Shown here: in pieces, positions 29,113-38,687 of the stretch
Layout of the letters: each line of letters starts with the position of its first letter
How positions within the stretch are numbered: the stretch's first letter is position 1
NCBI GenBank assembly: GCA_964449245.1
Contig: CAYUXY010000001.1
Location: 66,838 to 130,837, forward strand
Source of the DNA: an uncultured Candidatus Saccharibacteria bacterium
GTDB taxonomy: Bacteria; Patescibacteriota; Minisyncoccia; UBA6257; GWB1-50-10
Reading direction: 5' to 3'
DNA length: 64,000 nt
The notes under the pieces: generated by a model
Databases searched by the model: none
What the model was told of the DNA's origin: nothing
The model's input: only the letters and a program-made list of their open reading frames with translations
Made by a program: the position numbers and the translations under genes

Positions 29113-29184
29113 GCCTGGATAGCTCAGTGGTAGAGCGAAGGTCTGAAGAACCTTGCGTCGGGGGTCCAATTCCCTCTCCAGGCA
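29113..29184 (+). tRNA. tRNA-Phe (anticodon GAA)
   Basis: Hand-folded. Acceptor GCCTGGA/TCCAGGC, D-arm GCTC-AGTGGTA-GAGC, anticodon stem AAGGT/ACCTT with loop CTGAAGA, T-arm GGGGG-TCCAATT-CCCTC and discriminator A. No encoded CCA. Confidence 0.7.
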
Positions 29185-29582
29185 CACGAATGTGTGCATG
29201 AGAGCGAGCAAATCTACTTTGCTCGCGTAGGGAATTGGACGCCGGAGCATGTGTGAGTCAGTAGACGAGCACGCGAGGCGGTGACCAGTTCTATCTGCCG
29301 AAGGCAGACCCGAAAGTGAGCGTCGGCGAGCTTGAGAGGCGAGGGATATTCCCTCTCCAGGCACACGAATGTGTGCATGAGAGCGAGCAAATCTACTTTG
29401 CTCGCGTAGGGAATTGGACGCCGGAGCATGTGTGAGTCAGTAGACGAGCACGCGAGGCGGTGACCAGTTCTATCTGCCGAAGGCAGACCCGAAAGTGAGC
29501 GTCGGCGAGCTTGAGAGGCGAGGGATATTCCCTCTCCAGGCACACGAATGTGTGCATGAGAGCGCTTGTCTCGCCGAAGCTT
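29172..29582 (+). repeat. GC-rich tandem repeat: two identical 180-bp units (29172-29351, 29352-29531) plus a ~50-bp partial third, beginning inside the tRNA-Phe T-arm
   Basis: Exact duplication is visible in the sequence. Each unit ends gagggatatt|ccctctccaggcaca, the same 15 nt as the tRNA-Phe 3' end. Units carry multiple perfect hairpins (gcacac-gaat-gtgtgc, gcgagcaaa-tctac-tttgctcgc, tctgcc-gaa-ggcaga). Confidence 0.9.
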
Positions 29583-29630
29583 ATTGTTTTCAATAAGCGT
29601 AGGCGGAAGATGGATATTTGCTCGCGTGAA

Positions 29631-30200
29631 CTAATACGACGGATTTTTCTCTTCTACTTTGTTTATAAAGTTTGAATATCGAGCGAGAGCGAATAACGCT
29701 CCAGAAAGTCGATTCAAAAACTGAAGCATAGCGGAGGAAATTTCAAGCTCTTTAGCCGTTTCAACAGCGAGCCGTTCAACTCTTCTCGCGAATGAACGAG
29801 CTATGTCTATTCTCGAAGATATTTCAGAACCACCGGGTATTATAAATTTTTTGAGTGGCGGTAATATTTCATCTATTTTAAAAACCATTTTTTCAAGTTG
29901 TTCGGTGTGAGAATGCGTGATGGCATTTTTTATTTCTTGTTTGAACGCTATAGCCCCGAATTCTGCTTGAGCCACAAAAAGCATTTCTTGGATTTCTAAT
30001 AGCATTTCAGAAATACCGATTATGTTGCTCTCGTTAATCCTTTTGTCTCGCTCGGCTTCGCTACGGCACCACCCGAGAGTAGAATTCAACTCATCTATAG
30101 TTCCGAGGAGTCGTATAATTGGATGGTCTTTTGATATTTTTGTACTTCCGATTGTGCATTCTCCGTTGTCTCCATTTCCAGTGAAAAAAGGTGTATTCAT
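29631..30200 (-). CDS. PduO-type ATP:cob(I)alamin adenosyltransferase-like protein
   Basis: N-terminal motifs FFTGNGDNGECTIGS and IIRLLGTIDELNSTLGW match the TG-GD.G.T and R..A.G..DEL.S..G pattern. 189 aa. Confidence 0.7.
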   Translation of the reverse strand: MNTPFFTGNGDNGECTIGSTKISKDHPIIRLLGTIDELNSTLGWCRSEAERDKRINESNIIGISEMLLEIQEMLFVAQAEFGAIAFKQEIKNAITHSHTEQLEKMVFKIDEILPPLKKFIIPGGSEISSRIDIARSFARRVERLAVETAKELEISSAMLQFLNRLSGALFALARYSNFINKVEEKNPSY

Positions 30201-30237
30201 ACATTCATAATATCATTTTTTTGCTTTTAAAAAACAA

Positions 30238-30265
30238 GTCCCGCCCATTTTAAAATGGGCGGGAC
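30238..30265 (-). terminator. rho-independent terminator (perfect 28-nt palindrome)
   Basis: gtcccgcccatttt|aaaatgggcgggac followed by a T-run on the minus strand. Lies downstream of the 30290-30580 gene. Confidence 0.6.
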
Positions 30266-30289
30266 AACATGCAAAATTACGAAGTGTTA

Positions 30290-30580
30290 TTAAAGATTTT
30301 CTATATCTTTATCAAGGTTTTTGAACTCCTGTTCTAAATCGTTGATGTTTATGCTATCGATTTCTTCGTTTATGACTGGTGTAGTGTCTTCCAAGGAATC
30401 TGTGGGCACATCCCCAATTTCGTTAGTATCCGCGCTCTCCTCTTTGAATGGTGTTTTGGCATTTTGCCATACGGATACCGCGATGATTATCGCAAGAATA
30501 ATTATTGCTGAAATAATCCACGCAACACTCTTCTTTTGCTTTGATGGAGACGATGCGGTCATTTGTGATTGTTCGTCCAT
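30290..30580 (-). CDS. small membrane protein, hypothetical
   Basis: 96 aa with one TM (VAWIISAIIILAIIIAV) and an acidic C-terminus. Confidence 0.45.
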   Translation of the reverse strand: MDEQSQMTASSPSKQKKSVAWIISAIIILAIIIAVSVWQNAKTPFKEESADTNEIGDVPTDSLEDTTPVINEEIDSININDLEQEFKNLDKDIENL

Positions 30581-30617
30581 ATTTCTAAACCAAAATTTAT
30601 GTGTCGACTTTTTATAA

Positions 30618-31550
30618 TTAATACTCGTTTATGTTCGGAATAGTTGCGAGCTCATCCGCGATCTCTTTAATTGCCTGCTTGATTGTTTGGATAGATTCAC
30701 GTATTTTCTGGAGGTCGTCAACGAGCTGATTTTTTACAACCTGAATATTAGATTTCGCCGTATCTTCCGATTCGATTGTAATCCCATATGTTTTGCCGGT
30801 TTGTATACGAAGCGCTTCTCTGGCTGAAGAGATTAGGTCCGTGACCGTTTGGATTTTTGCTCTTATTTCGCTCGTATTTGCGCCTGTTATGGAAACTTTG
30901 TCGGCTCGAGTGGCAATGTTTGCGAGTATCACTTCCATTTTTTCAATCGCAGTCGCAAAATTGCTTGTAATGCGCTCGTTCAAGGAGTTCATATTTTCAT
31001 CTATTCTGGTTATTATCTGTTGTTTCTTTTCGTCTTTGATGTTTTGCAACTTTGTTTGAAGCTCTTCTCTTTTGCGTTCGCGAATTACGGCCGCCTCCTC
31101 TTTGGTGGCACTAATGGCACTCGCAAACTGCGCACGCTTTTCTTTGATTTCCATCGCAAACTCTTGTCGCATCGTTTGTAGGATAGCTTTATTATCATCT
31201 GTAACCGATGCTTCATTTTCATTAACATTTCCGTTCGACACCGAGTCGTCATTTGCGGACGATGTTCCGTCTTCGTTAAGTTTACCGGAATATGATGAGG
31301 AATCGCTTGTCATTTCCGATCCGTCCTCATTTTTAATGAAATTTTGTATTTTGCGTACGGTTGCACGCTGTTTTAAAAATTCATTACCTGTAGAAATCGC
31401 TTTATCTTCGGAAGGTGCAATGGAATAATTTTGCATCATAGCTTGTTCTTGCGCTCGCAAAATATCCATCTCACTCGGTTGCTCTTTGGCGGAAGAAATC
31501 GAAGTCAGCATAAAACAAAAAATTATAGTTAAGATTAATTTATTTTTCAT
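30618..31550 (-). CDS. secreted coiled-coil hypothetical protein
   Basis: Signal peptide (LTSISSA) followed by long heptad-like charged regions. Confidence 0.5.
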   Translation of the reverse strand: MKNKLILTIIFCFMLTSISSAKEQPSEMDILRAQEQAMMQNYSIAPSEDKAISTGNEFLKQRATVRKIQNFIKNEDGSEMTSDSSSYSGKLNEDGTSSANDDSVSNGNVNENEASVTDDNKAILQTMRQEFAMEIKEKRAQFASAISATKEEAAVIRERKREELQTKLQNIKDEKKQQIITRIDENMNSLNERITSNFATAIEKMEVILANIATRADKVSITGANTSEIRAKIQTVTDLISSAREALRIQTGKTYGITIESEDTAKSNIQVVKNQLVDDLQKIRESIQTIKQAIKEIADELATIPNINEY

Positions 31551-31676
31551 ATATGTTATATATTGGTATCGCGACCTTTTGCTTATATTATATCAGAAAC
31601 TGAACGAATTTTATTTTCAATCAAGTTTTTACATATTAAGTCCAATGGGATAATATGATATGTAATAAATATTTTT

Positions 31677-33515
31677 ATGAAACACCTAAGCAAAAATCTG
31701 ATTATTACAATACTTCTTTTGTTTTTGATAACGATGGCATTTTCAACCATCTTGGGAGATGGAACAAATACCACTCAAGCGTTCACTCTGAACGAGCTTG
31801 CGTCCAAAATAACAAACAACGAAGTTTCCGGAATAATTGTTAGCGGAGAAAAATTGGATATTTCTATGATTGATGGGACAAAAGCGACAACGAGAAAAGA
31901 AAGCGAAACAAGTGTTTCTCAAACTTTGTCTAACTATGGAGTGTCAGAGGAAGCTTTGAGGTCCGTGAAACTCGAAATAAAAGAGCCGAGCGGGTTATCA
32001 TATTGGATGAGTATTTTATTGCCGGCATTTTTGCCGGTCGTTCTGATGTTATTTGTCTTTTGGTTTATTTTCAGGCAGGCAAAAACTGGCGCAAACCAAG
32101 CGTTAAGTTTTGGCAAGGTAAATTTGAGAATCTTTAGCGGAAAAAAGAATAAAGTGACCTTTAAAGATGTTGCCGGATTAAAGGAGGCGAAAGAAGAATT
32201 GGAAGAGGTGGTGGATTTTCTTAAAAATCCGAAAAAATTTCTCGATATGGGGGCGAAGATTCCGAGAGGAGTTTTGCTTATGGGCCAACCGGGAACGGGA
32301 AAGACCCTTCTCGCTCGCGCGGTTGCCGGCGAAGGAAATGTGCCGTTTTTTCATCTTTCCGCCTCCGAGTTTGTTGAAATGTTCGTCGGTGTAGGGGCTT
32401 CCAGAGTTCGCGATCTTTTTGAAACTGCGAAGAAAGCATCGCCATCAATAATATTTATAGATGAAATCGACGCTGTTGGTCGCGAGAGAGGAACGGGGCT
32501 TGGCGGTGGCCACGACGAAAGAGAACAGACGCTTAATCAGATTCTTGTTGAAATGGACGGATTTGAACGTGATACGAATGTGATAGTGATGGCGGCAACA
32601 AATAGGCCCGACGTACTTGATCAGGCGTTGCTTCGTCCGGGAAGATTCGACAGACGCGTCGTGCTTGATATGCCGGATATGAATGACAGAGAAGAAATTT
32701 TGAAAATTCATTCAGATGGTAAACCGCTCGATAATGTAGATTTGAAGCCTATCGCGGTCAGAACGCCGGGATTTGCGGGTGCCGATTTGGCCAATCTTGC
32801 AAACGAAGCGGCAATACTTGCCGCAAGATCAAACAGGAAAAAAATAACACAGGAAGATTTTTTCAACTCAATAGAAAAAGTGCTTCTTGGTCCGGCACGC
32901 AAGTCGCGTCTTATTTCCGATAATGAAAAACGGATAACGGCGTATCACGAAGCCGGACACGCGCTCGTAGCCGCAGGACTTAAAGAAAGCGATCCGGTAC
33001 ATAAGGTTACGATAATAAGTCGCGGACTAGCCGGAGGATATACACTTAAGCTTCCAATAGAAGAAAGGAGGCTTCATACAAAAGCGCAATTTATCGCCGA
33101 CTTGGCGGTTTCTCTGGGCGGATATGTTGCTGAATCAACTGTATGCGGAGATGTGAGCACGGGGTCATCGAGTGATTTGAAATATGCGACTGAAATAGCG
33201 AATAGGATTGTAACTCAATACGGAATGAGCGAAAAGTTAGGAGCTCGCACACTCGGGAAAACACACGAAATGGTCTTTTTGGGGAGAGAAATGACCTCAG
33301 AAAAAGATTATTCGGAAAAAACCGGAGAAATTATAGACGAAGAAATATCGCGGTTTATAAAAAAAGCGCTTGATGCCGCGAAAAAAATTATTGTTTCGAA
33401 TAAGGCAGCTCTGGATGCGATTGCAAAAGAACTAATTGAAAAAGAATCCATAGAGCAGGAGGCATTTAACGCGCTTATAAAATCTTTCGGAGTTAAACAA
33501 ATAAAAATAGCGTAA
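31677..33515 (+). CDS. ftsH: ATP-dependent zinc metalloprotease FtsH
   Basis: N-terminal TMs followed by AAA+ Walker [14 protein letters not shown]. The SRH region is present and the zinc-binding motif is HEAGHAL. Confidence 0.9.
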   Translation: MKHLSKNLIITILLLFLITMAFSTILGDGTNTTQAFTLNELASKITNNEVSGIIVSGEKLDISMIDGTKATTRKESETSVSQTLSNYGVSEEALRSVKLEIKEPSGLSYWMSILLPAFLPVVLMLFVFWFIFRQAKTGANQALSFGKVNLRIFSGKKNKVTFKDVAGLKEAKEELEEVVDFLKNPKKFLDMGAKIPRGVLLMGQPGTGKTLLARAVAGEGNVPFFHLSASEFVEMFVGVGASRVRDLFETAKKASPSIIFIDEIDAVGRERGTGLGGGHDEREQTLNQILVEMDGFERDTNVIVMAATNRPDVLDQALLRPGRFDRRVVLDMPDMNDREEILKIHSDGKPLDNVDLKPIAVRTPGFAGADLANLANEAAILAARSNRKKITQEDFFNSIEKVLLGPARKSRLISDNEKRITAYHEAGHALVAAGLKESDPVHKVTIISRGLAGGYTLKLPIEERRLHTKAQFIADLAVSLGGYVAESTVCGDVSTGSSSDLKYATEIANRIVTQYGMSEKLGARTLGKTHEMVFLGREMTSEKDYSEKTGEIIDEEISRFIKKALDAAKKIIVSNKAALDAIAKELIEKESIEQEAFNALIKSFGVKQIKIA

Positions 33516-33524
33516 AAAAACTAT

Positions 33525-35369
33525 TTATTCGTATCCCTTTGCCTGCATTTTGAACAATCGCGCGTATGTTTTTCCGTTTTTGAGCAAATTTTTGTGTGAA
33601 TCGAATTCCCTCAATTCCCCGTTTTCTATGACGCCGATTTTATCAGCTCTTCTCACGGTTGAAAATCTGTGCGATATAAGTATAACAGTACGATCTTCCG
33701 GCAATTTTTCTAATTTTTCAAAAATTTTTGTTTCAGCTTCCGCGTCTATGGATGAAGTCGGCTCATCCAATATAAATATATTGGGCTCTCTATAGAACGT
33801 TCTCGCGAGAGCAAGTTTTTGCCATTGGCCTATTGATGGCTCCACCCCTTCAGAAAATTCTTTCCCGAGCATTTGTTCATATTTTTTGTCCCAATCGTTA
33901 ATAAAAGTCTCCGCCTCGCTGTTTTTAGCCGCGTCCTCTATTTTTTTCTTCGTTGATTTTTGGTTTGTATTGCCAAGCGCGATAGCCTCTTTTACGAGAA
34001 TGTGATATTTTGCGTAATCCTGAAATAGAGCTCCTATTTTTGAATACCAGCTTTCTATGTCGACTTCTTTTAAGTCTCTCCCGTCGATAAGAATGCGTCC
34101 TTTGTCTGGATCATAAAAGCGACACAAAAGCTTTACCAGCGTTGTTTTGCCGGCGCCATTTACCCCTACAAGAGCTATTTTTTCTCCAGGCGATATTTTC
34201 ATCGAAAAATTTTTTAGTACGCATTTTTTAGTGTCCGGATAAGCAAATGAAACATTCTCGAAAATTATTTCCGGCGTCTTTTTTGGAGCGAGTATCATTC
34301 CGTTTGCCGGTTGTTTTACCGCGGTTTCGAGTTCAAGAAGACGGAACATGTCGGAAACGAACAGACTGTCCTGATATTGATGCCCTATGTTTGAAAAAAG
34401 TCCTGATAGGGCCTGCCTCAAATCCCCTATGGAGGCCAATACGAAAGTAAGTGTTCCTATAAGGAGGTTTCCGTGAATGACTTGCATCGTAAAATATACA
34501 ATAGCGAACGCTATTACGAATTGTGAGAAGCATAACGATAAAAGATTGTATGCAAGTCGTTTTTTCTCGTTCTTTTTTTCTTCCGTCTGAAATTCTTTGA
34601 ACAGGTCTTTTATGGATAAAAAGAAATATTTGAGATTTTGAAATAGTTTAAGTTCTATAAGCGAAGATGTTGTATTGAAATGACCCTGAAATTCCCAGAA
34701 TTTTCTACGAGTTTGTGATCTTCCAAAATGTATACTCCACGTATCTTGTCCATAAATAATCTCTATAATAAGTTCAGGAAATGTTCCGACGAGTATTATT
34801 AAAAACACCCACCACTCCGAGAAAATAAGTATGATGGAAGCTATAATGACTTCTATTATGTTTTGAAATACGAAATATTGTCTGTCTACGAAATTTCTTG
34901 TCCGCCACGTTCCGTTTTCGTTTACTCTGTTAAATAAATCTTGATATTGCGGATTTTCGTGAGTCGCTATATCCAGATCGCCCTTCTTTTTTGTTACAAG
35001 AGTTTCAAATTTTTCTTCAAGAAAAAATCCAAATATTTTTGAAAGATATCCTTGTATGGAATATAAAAAAGAAGGTATGAAAGTTGCGGCAATAAGTCCG
35101 CCTATTATTAGAAATAATTCAATATTCGGGGAATATCCGTCAGATATCGGTATTAGTTTATTAATAAGAAGTCCGCGAAAACCGGACTGCAAAAAAGGAG
35201 CGCCCGACACTATAAGAAATATGATTCCCAAAAGAATCATGGAATTTCTTTTTTCTCTCCATAGTAATTTACTTAGTTTCAGACTGTTTTTGAACATATC
35301 AAAAAACAATGAAGTCGAAAAACTTCTGATATCCGAAGCATTATTTTGTTCGTCATTTATAGTGCTCAT
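33525..35369 (-). CDS. ABC transporter, fused permease/ATP-binding subunit (exporter type)
   Basis: Six N-terminal TMs, Walker A GVNGAGKTTL and ABC signature LSEGQWQ. A Walker B motif ILDEPTSSID is also present. Confidence 0.85.
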   Translation of the reverse strand: MSTINDEQNNASDIRSFSTSLFFDMFKNSLKLSKLLWREKRNSMILLGIIFLIVSGAPFLQSGFRGLLINKLIPISDGYSPNIELFLIIGGLIAATFIPSFLYSIQGYLSKIFGFFLEEKFETLVTKKKGDLDIATHENPQYQDLFNRVNENGTWRTRNFVDRQYFVFQNIIEVIIASIILIFSEWWVFLIILVGTFPELIIEIIYGQDTWSIHFGRSQTRRKFWEFQGHFNTTSSLIELKLFQNLKYFFLSIKDLFKEFQTEEKKNEKKRLAYNLLSLCFSQFVIAFAIVYFTMQVIHGNLLIGTLTFVLASIGDLRQALSGLFSNIGHQYQDSLFVSDMFRLLELETAVKQPANGMILAPKKTPEIIFENVSFAYPDTKKCVLKNFSMKISPGEKIALVGVNGAGKTTLVKLLCRFYDPDKGRILIDGRDLKEVDIESWYSKIGALFQDYAKYHILVKEAIALGNTNQKSTKKKIEDAAKNSEAETFINDWDKKYEQMLGKEFSEGVEPSIGQWQKLALARTFYREPNIFILDEPTSSIDAEAETKIFEKLEKLPEDRTVILISHRFSTVRRADKIGVIENGELREFDSHKNLLKNGKTYARLFKMQAKGYE

Positions 35370-35427
35370 TTTTTATAAATATTAAAAACGACTATTTTAA
35401 TGTCGATCGGCAAGAAAAGAATCTTTG

Positions 35428-35499
35428 TGCGCGTGCCAGGACTCGAACCTGGAACCGACCGTGTATAAGACGGTTGCTCTACCATTGAGCTACACGCGC
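35428..35499 (-). tRNA. tRNA-Ile (anticodon TAT)
   Basis: Hand-folded from the minus strand. Acceptor GCGCGTG/CACGCGC, D-arm GCTC-AATGGTA-GAGC, anticodon stem ACCGT/ACGGT with loop CTTATAC and T-loop TTCGAGT. Confidence 0.65.
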
Positions 35500-35627
35500 C
35501 CCCGCATTTTTAGAGTGTATCACTGATATTGCGTGAGTGACAAGATGCGCGAGACGGTACTTTATTTACGCATATTTTTATTATAGGATTATACGCGGTA
35601 TTTAATATGTGAAAGTTTGCGGGTAAT

Positions 35628-35701
35628 GGGCGGTTAGCTCAGTTGGTTAGAGCGACTCGTTTACACCGAGTAGGCCCGGGGTTCGAATCCTCGACCGCCC
35701 A
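35628..35701 (+). tRNA. tRNA-Val (anticodon TAC)
   Basis: Hand-folded. Acceptor GGGCGGT/ACCGCCC, anticodon stem ACTCG/CGAGT with loop TTTACAC and T-loop TTCGAAT. Confidence 0.8.
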
Positions 35702-35803
35702 CTAAAATCTTTTATATTTAAACGACAATATTCGTTGTTTAAATATATTTGACAGCGTCGGTATATAATCGTACCGTGAAAAAATGCGCTTACCGCATAC
35801 ATT

Positions 35804-36373
35804 ATGGATAAAATAGTATTCGATATAGAAACGCAAAATACATTCGCCGATGTCGGAGGAGAGGAAAATATGGATAAATTCAAGATATCCGTAGTCTGCG
35901 CGTATTCTTATGACAATAATAAATATTATTGTTTTGAAGAGAACGAATTAGAGGGGCTTGGAGAAATGATGAAAAACGCCGGACTCATCGTTGGTTTTTG
36001 GAGTAAGCGTTTTGATGTGCCTATTTTAAACAATTATTTCAAATTTAATCTTGCCGCGATTCCTCATTACGATATTTTAGACGAAATAGTAAAAGCTTGG
36101 GGCAGACGCATCAGTTTAGATTTACTTGGCGAAGCAAATCTTGGAATACGAAAAACAGGACACGGCCTCGATGCGATTGATTGGTATAAAAATGGCGAGA
36201 TGCAGAAGTTAAAAGATTATTGTACCCAAGATGTAAAAATTACCAAACAGATATTCGATCTTATCAGAACGCAAAAATATTTATGGATACCTCAGAGAAA
36301 TACGCCGGAAATGGCTAAAGTTGAACTCGAATATCAAGAACCGGAAGTTCCTCCGCAGACGACCCTTTTTTAA
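35804..36373 (+). CDS. RNase H-fold 3'-5' exonuclease (PolB-exonuclease-like / DnaQ-like)
   Basis: Exo motifs FDIET, FWSKRFDVPIL and YCTQDV. 189 aa. Confidence 0.5.
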   Translation: MDKIVFDIETQNTFADVGGEENMDKFKISVVCAYSYDNNKYYCFEENELEGLGEMMKNAGLIVGFWSKRFDVPILNNYFKFNLAAIPHYDILDEIVKAWGRRISLDLLGEANLGIRKTGHGLDAIDWYKNGEMQKLKDYCTQDVKITKQIFDLIRTQKYLWIPQRNTPEMAKVELEYQEPEVPPQTTLF

Positions 36374-36594
36374 TTAAGGCAAAAAGTTTGTATAGTAAAT
36401 ATATGTTTATGAATCCAAAAAAACATAAAATACTTGTCTCAATTGTGGTTGCGTTTTTGGCCCTGATGCTCGTATTAATGTATATGCCGATGTTCTTTTA
36501 GTTATTGGCAAGCGCGTTTAAGTTGACCGGTGTCTTTATAAAAATATAGTTACTGTCTGTGGCGGTTTTTTTGTTTTTGCGATACATTATTCAT

Positions 36595-37818
36595 ATGAAG
36601 GATAAAGAGATTTCAGCGTTAATTAAGCAGGAAGAAAAAAGACAATCGGAAACGATTGATTTGATTGCCTCTGAAAACTTTGTATCTCCGGATGTGCGCG
36701 AAGCTCTTGGTAGCGTATTTACCAATAAATATTCCGAGGGATACCCGCATTCCCGATATTATGCCGGAAATGAGAATGTCGATAAGGTAGAAGAATTGGC
36801 CCAGTCGAGAGCTCTCAAGTTGTTCAAATTATCAAAAAAAGACTGGAGCGTGAATGTTCAGCCGTATTCCGGATCGCCGGCAAATCTCGCAATACTTCTG
36901 GGGCTCATTCCGATAGGCGAAAAAATAATGGGAATGTCTCTTAATATGGGAGGTCATTTAACGCACGGGCATCCCGTTAGTGCGACAGGAAAATTATGGA
37001 ATCAGGTTCCTTACGGAGTAGATAGAATAACAGGCGAAATTGATTACGGAGAACTATTAAATATTGCGCTTATTGAACGGCCAAAATGCATAATAGGAGG
37101 AGGGACCGCGTATTCGCGTATAGTAAGTTGGAAAAAGCTTAGAACTGTCGCTGATGAAGTAGGCGCAATTCTCTGTGCTGATATGTCTCATTTTTCAGGA
37201 TTGGTAGCTGGAGGCGTATATCCGTCACCGTTTCAATATGCGGATGTTGTAATGACAACAATGCACAAGACTCTTCGTGGCCCGAGAGCCGGAATTATTT
37301 TTTCGAAATCGGATTTGTCGGTAAATATAAATAAGGCGGTATTCCCCGGACTTCAGGGCGGTCCGCACATCAATCAGATTGCCGCTATCGCAGTTGCGCT
37401 CAAGGAGGCTATGGAACCGTCTTTTAAAAAATATACGGAGCAGGTTGTAAAAAATGCTAAATCTTTATCAGAAGAACTGGAAAAATTCGGATTTCGAATA
37501 ATTTCCGGAGGTACCGATACTCATTTGTTTTTGGTGGATACAATGGCTCTTGGCGCATCTGGAAAAACGGCGAGTGAAAAACTTGAAAAAATAGGAATTA
37601 TCACAAATAAAAATGCCATACCATTTGACGAAAGAAAGCCGGCAGACCCATCCGGAATTCGTATAGGTACTCCTTCCGTAACAACGAGAGGCATGAAGGA
37701 AAAAGAAATGAAACAGATTGCTGATATTATAATGTGTGCGATACTTCATAAAAATACGATTTCGGCGCTCTCTGATCGCGTCAAAAAATTGACCGCAAAA
37801 TTTAAGGTTAAATTATGA
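36595..37818 (+). CDS. glyA: serine hydroxymethyltransferase
   Basis: Carries DLIASENFVSPDVREALGSVFTNKYSEGYP and the PLP-site region TTMHKTLRGPR. Start set to MKDKEIS at 36595. Confidence 0.9.
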   Translation: MKDKEISALIKQEEKRQSETIDLIASENFVSPDVREALGSVFTNKYSEGYPHSRYYAGNENVDKVEELAQSRALKLFKLSKKDWSVNVQPYSGSPANLAILLGLIPIGEKIMGMSLNMGGHLTHGHPVSATGKLWNQVPYGVDRITGEIDYGELLNIALIERPKCIIGGGTAYSRIVSWKKLRTVADEVGAILCADMSHFSGLVAGGVYPSPFQYADVVMTTMHKTLRGPRAGIIFSKSDLSVNINKAVFPGLQGGPHINQIAAIAVALKEAMEPSFKKYTEQVVKNAKSLSEELEKFGFRIISGGTDTHLFLVDTMALGASGKTASEKLEKIGIITNKNAIPFDERKPADPSGIRIGTPSVTTRGMKEKEMKQIADIIMCAILHKNTISALSDRVKKLTAKFKVKL

Positions 37819-38645
37819 AAATTGATGGAAGGCAAATAGCGGGAGAAATAATAGAAAGAGTTTTGACGAATGCAAAACATTCCGGAAGCAGGAAATTTTT
37901 TGCTGTATTTTATGTTGGAAACGATAAATCTACGGAAAGTTTTTTAAATCAAAAAGAAAAAACGGCGAAACAGATGCTCGTTGATTTTCGCCGTTATCAT
38001 TTTTTATCTTCAATAAGTCAGGACGAACTTCGTAAGGAAATATATAAAATTACGAAACATAGTAATTGCGGAGGCGCCATTGTTCAGTTGCCTTTGCCGG
38101 AGCATATCGATTTTCAATATGTGATGAACGTAATACCTCGTGAAAAAGATGCAGACGTTTTGGGAGAAAGATCCATCGGAGCTTTCTCTGCGGGGAGAAA
38201 TTCAGTTATTCCTCCGGCTGCGGGAGTGTGTGAAGAAATATGTTTACGCCACAATATTAACATTGAAAAATCCGTCGTTCTTATAATTGGGCGAGGGAGC
38301 TTAGTCGGGAAACCCGTTGCTATTTGGCTTTTGAATCGCGCGAAAGAATTAATTGTTTTAGGGAGAGAGAGCGATAAATCAATTTTGAAAGATGCGGATA
38401 TTGTGATTTGCGGAGCCGGCGCGCCGAAAATCGTTTCTCCGGAAATGTTGAAAAATGGAGCGTGTGTCATAGATTTCGGATATGGAGAAAAGGATGGAAA
38501 AATGCACGGAGATTTTGATTCGACAGACGAAGCAACCATCGAGCAAAAAAATATTATCTTTACGCCGACGCCCGGAGGAACTGGGCCGATTCTCGTGGCA
38601 AAAGTTTTCGAAAATTTTTTCAATTTAATTGAATTGCAAAAGTAA
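37815..38645 (+). CDS. folD: bifunctional methylenetetrahydrofolate dehydrogenase/cyclohydrolase
   Basis: N-terminal sequence MKIDGRQIAGEI is followed by an NAD(P)-binding region GRGSLVGKP. Overlaps glyA by 4 nt, consistent with an operon. Confidence 0.85.
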   Translation: MKIDGRQIAGEIIERVLTNAKHSGSRKFFAVFYVGNDKSTESFLNQKEKTAKQMLVDFRRYHFLSSISQDELRKEIYKITKHSNCGGAIVQLPLPEHIDFQYVMNVIPREKDADVLGERSIGAFSAGRNSVIPPAAGVCEEICLRHNINIEKSVVLIIGRGSLVGKPVAIWLLNRAKELIVLGRESDKSILKDADIVICGAGAPKIVSPEMLKNGACVIDFGYGEKDGKMHGDFDSTDEATIEQKNIIFTPTPGGTGPILVAKVFENFFNLIELQK

Positions 38646-38647
38646 AC

Positions 38648-38684
38648 AAAAATCCCGCCTCTCTATAGAGAGGCGGGATTTTCT
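38648..38684. terminator. bidirectional rho-independent terminator between folD and recA
   Basis: Perfect 14-bp stem aatcccgcctctc/gagaggcgggatt with loop tata. A-run and T-run flank it. Confidence 0.7.
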
Positions 38685-38687
38685 AAT

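Noticed and set aside
29172-29582. CRISPR array interpretation of the tandem repeat
   Set aside because: The units are 180 bp and identical throughout, with no short repeat/unique-spacer alternation. No cas genes are nearby.
29098-29593. Three overlapping minus-strand ORFs with identical peptide segments (MPGEGISLASQARRRS...)
   Set aside because: They are generated by the 180-bp tandem DNA repeat and overlap tRNA-Phe. The repeated peptide is a repeat artefact, not evidence of coding.
29113-29600. tmRNA (ssrA) interpretation of the tRNA-like 3' ends plus structured RNA
   Set aside because: The 5' tRNA has a complete anticodon arm with GAA. The acceptor lacks the G3:U70 Ala identity. No tag-peptide reading frame ending in an ALAA-like sequence was found.
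35647-35883. 78-aa minus-strand ORF
   Set aside because: It overlaps tRNA-Val and the start of the exonuclease-like gene. It is low-complexity and spurious.
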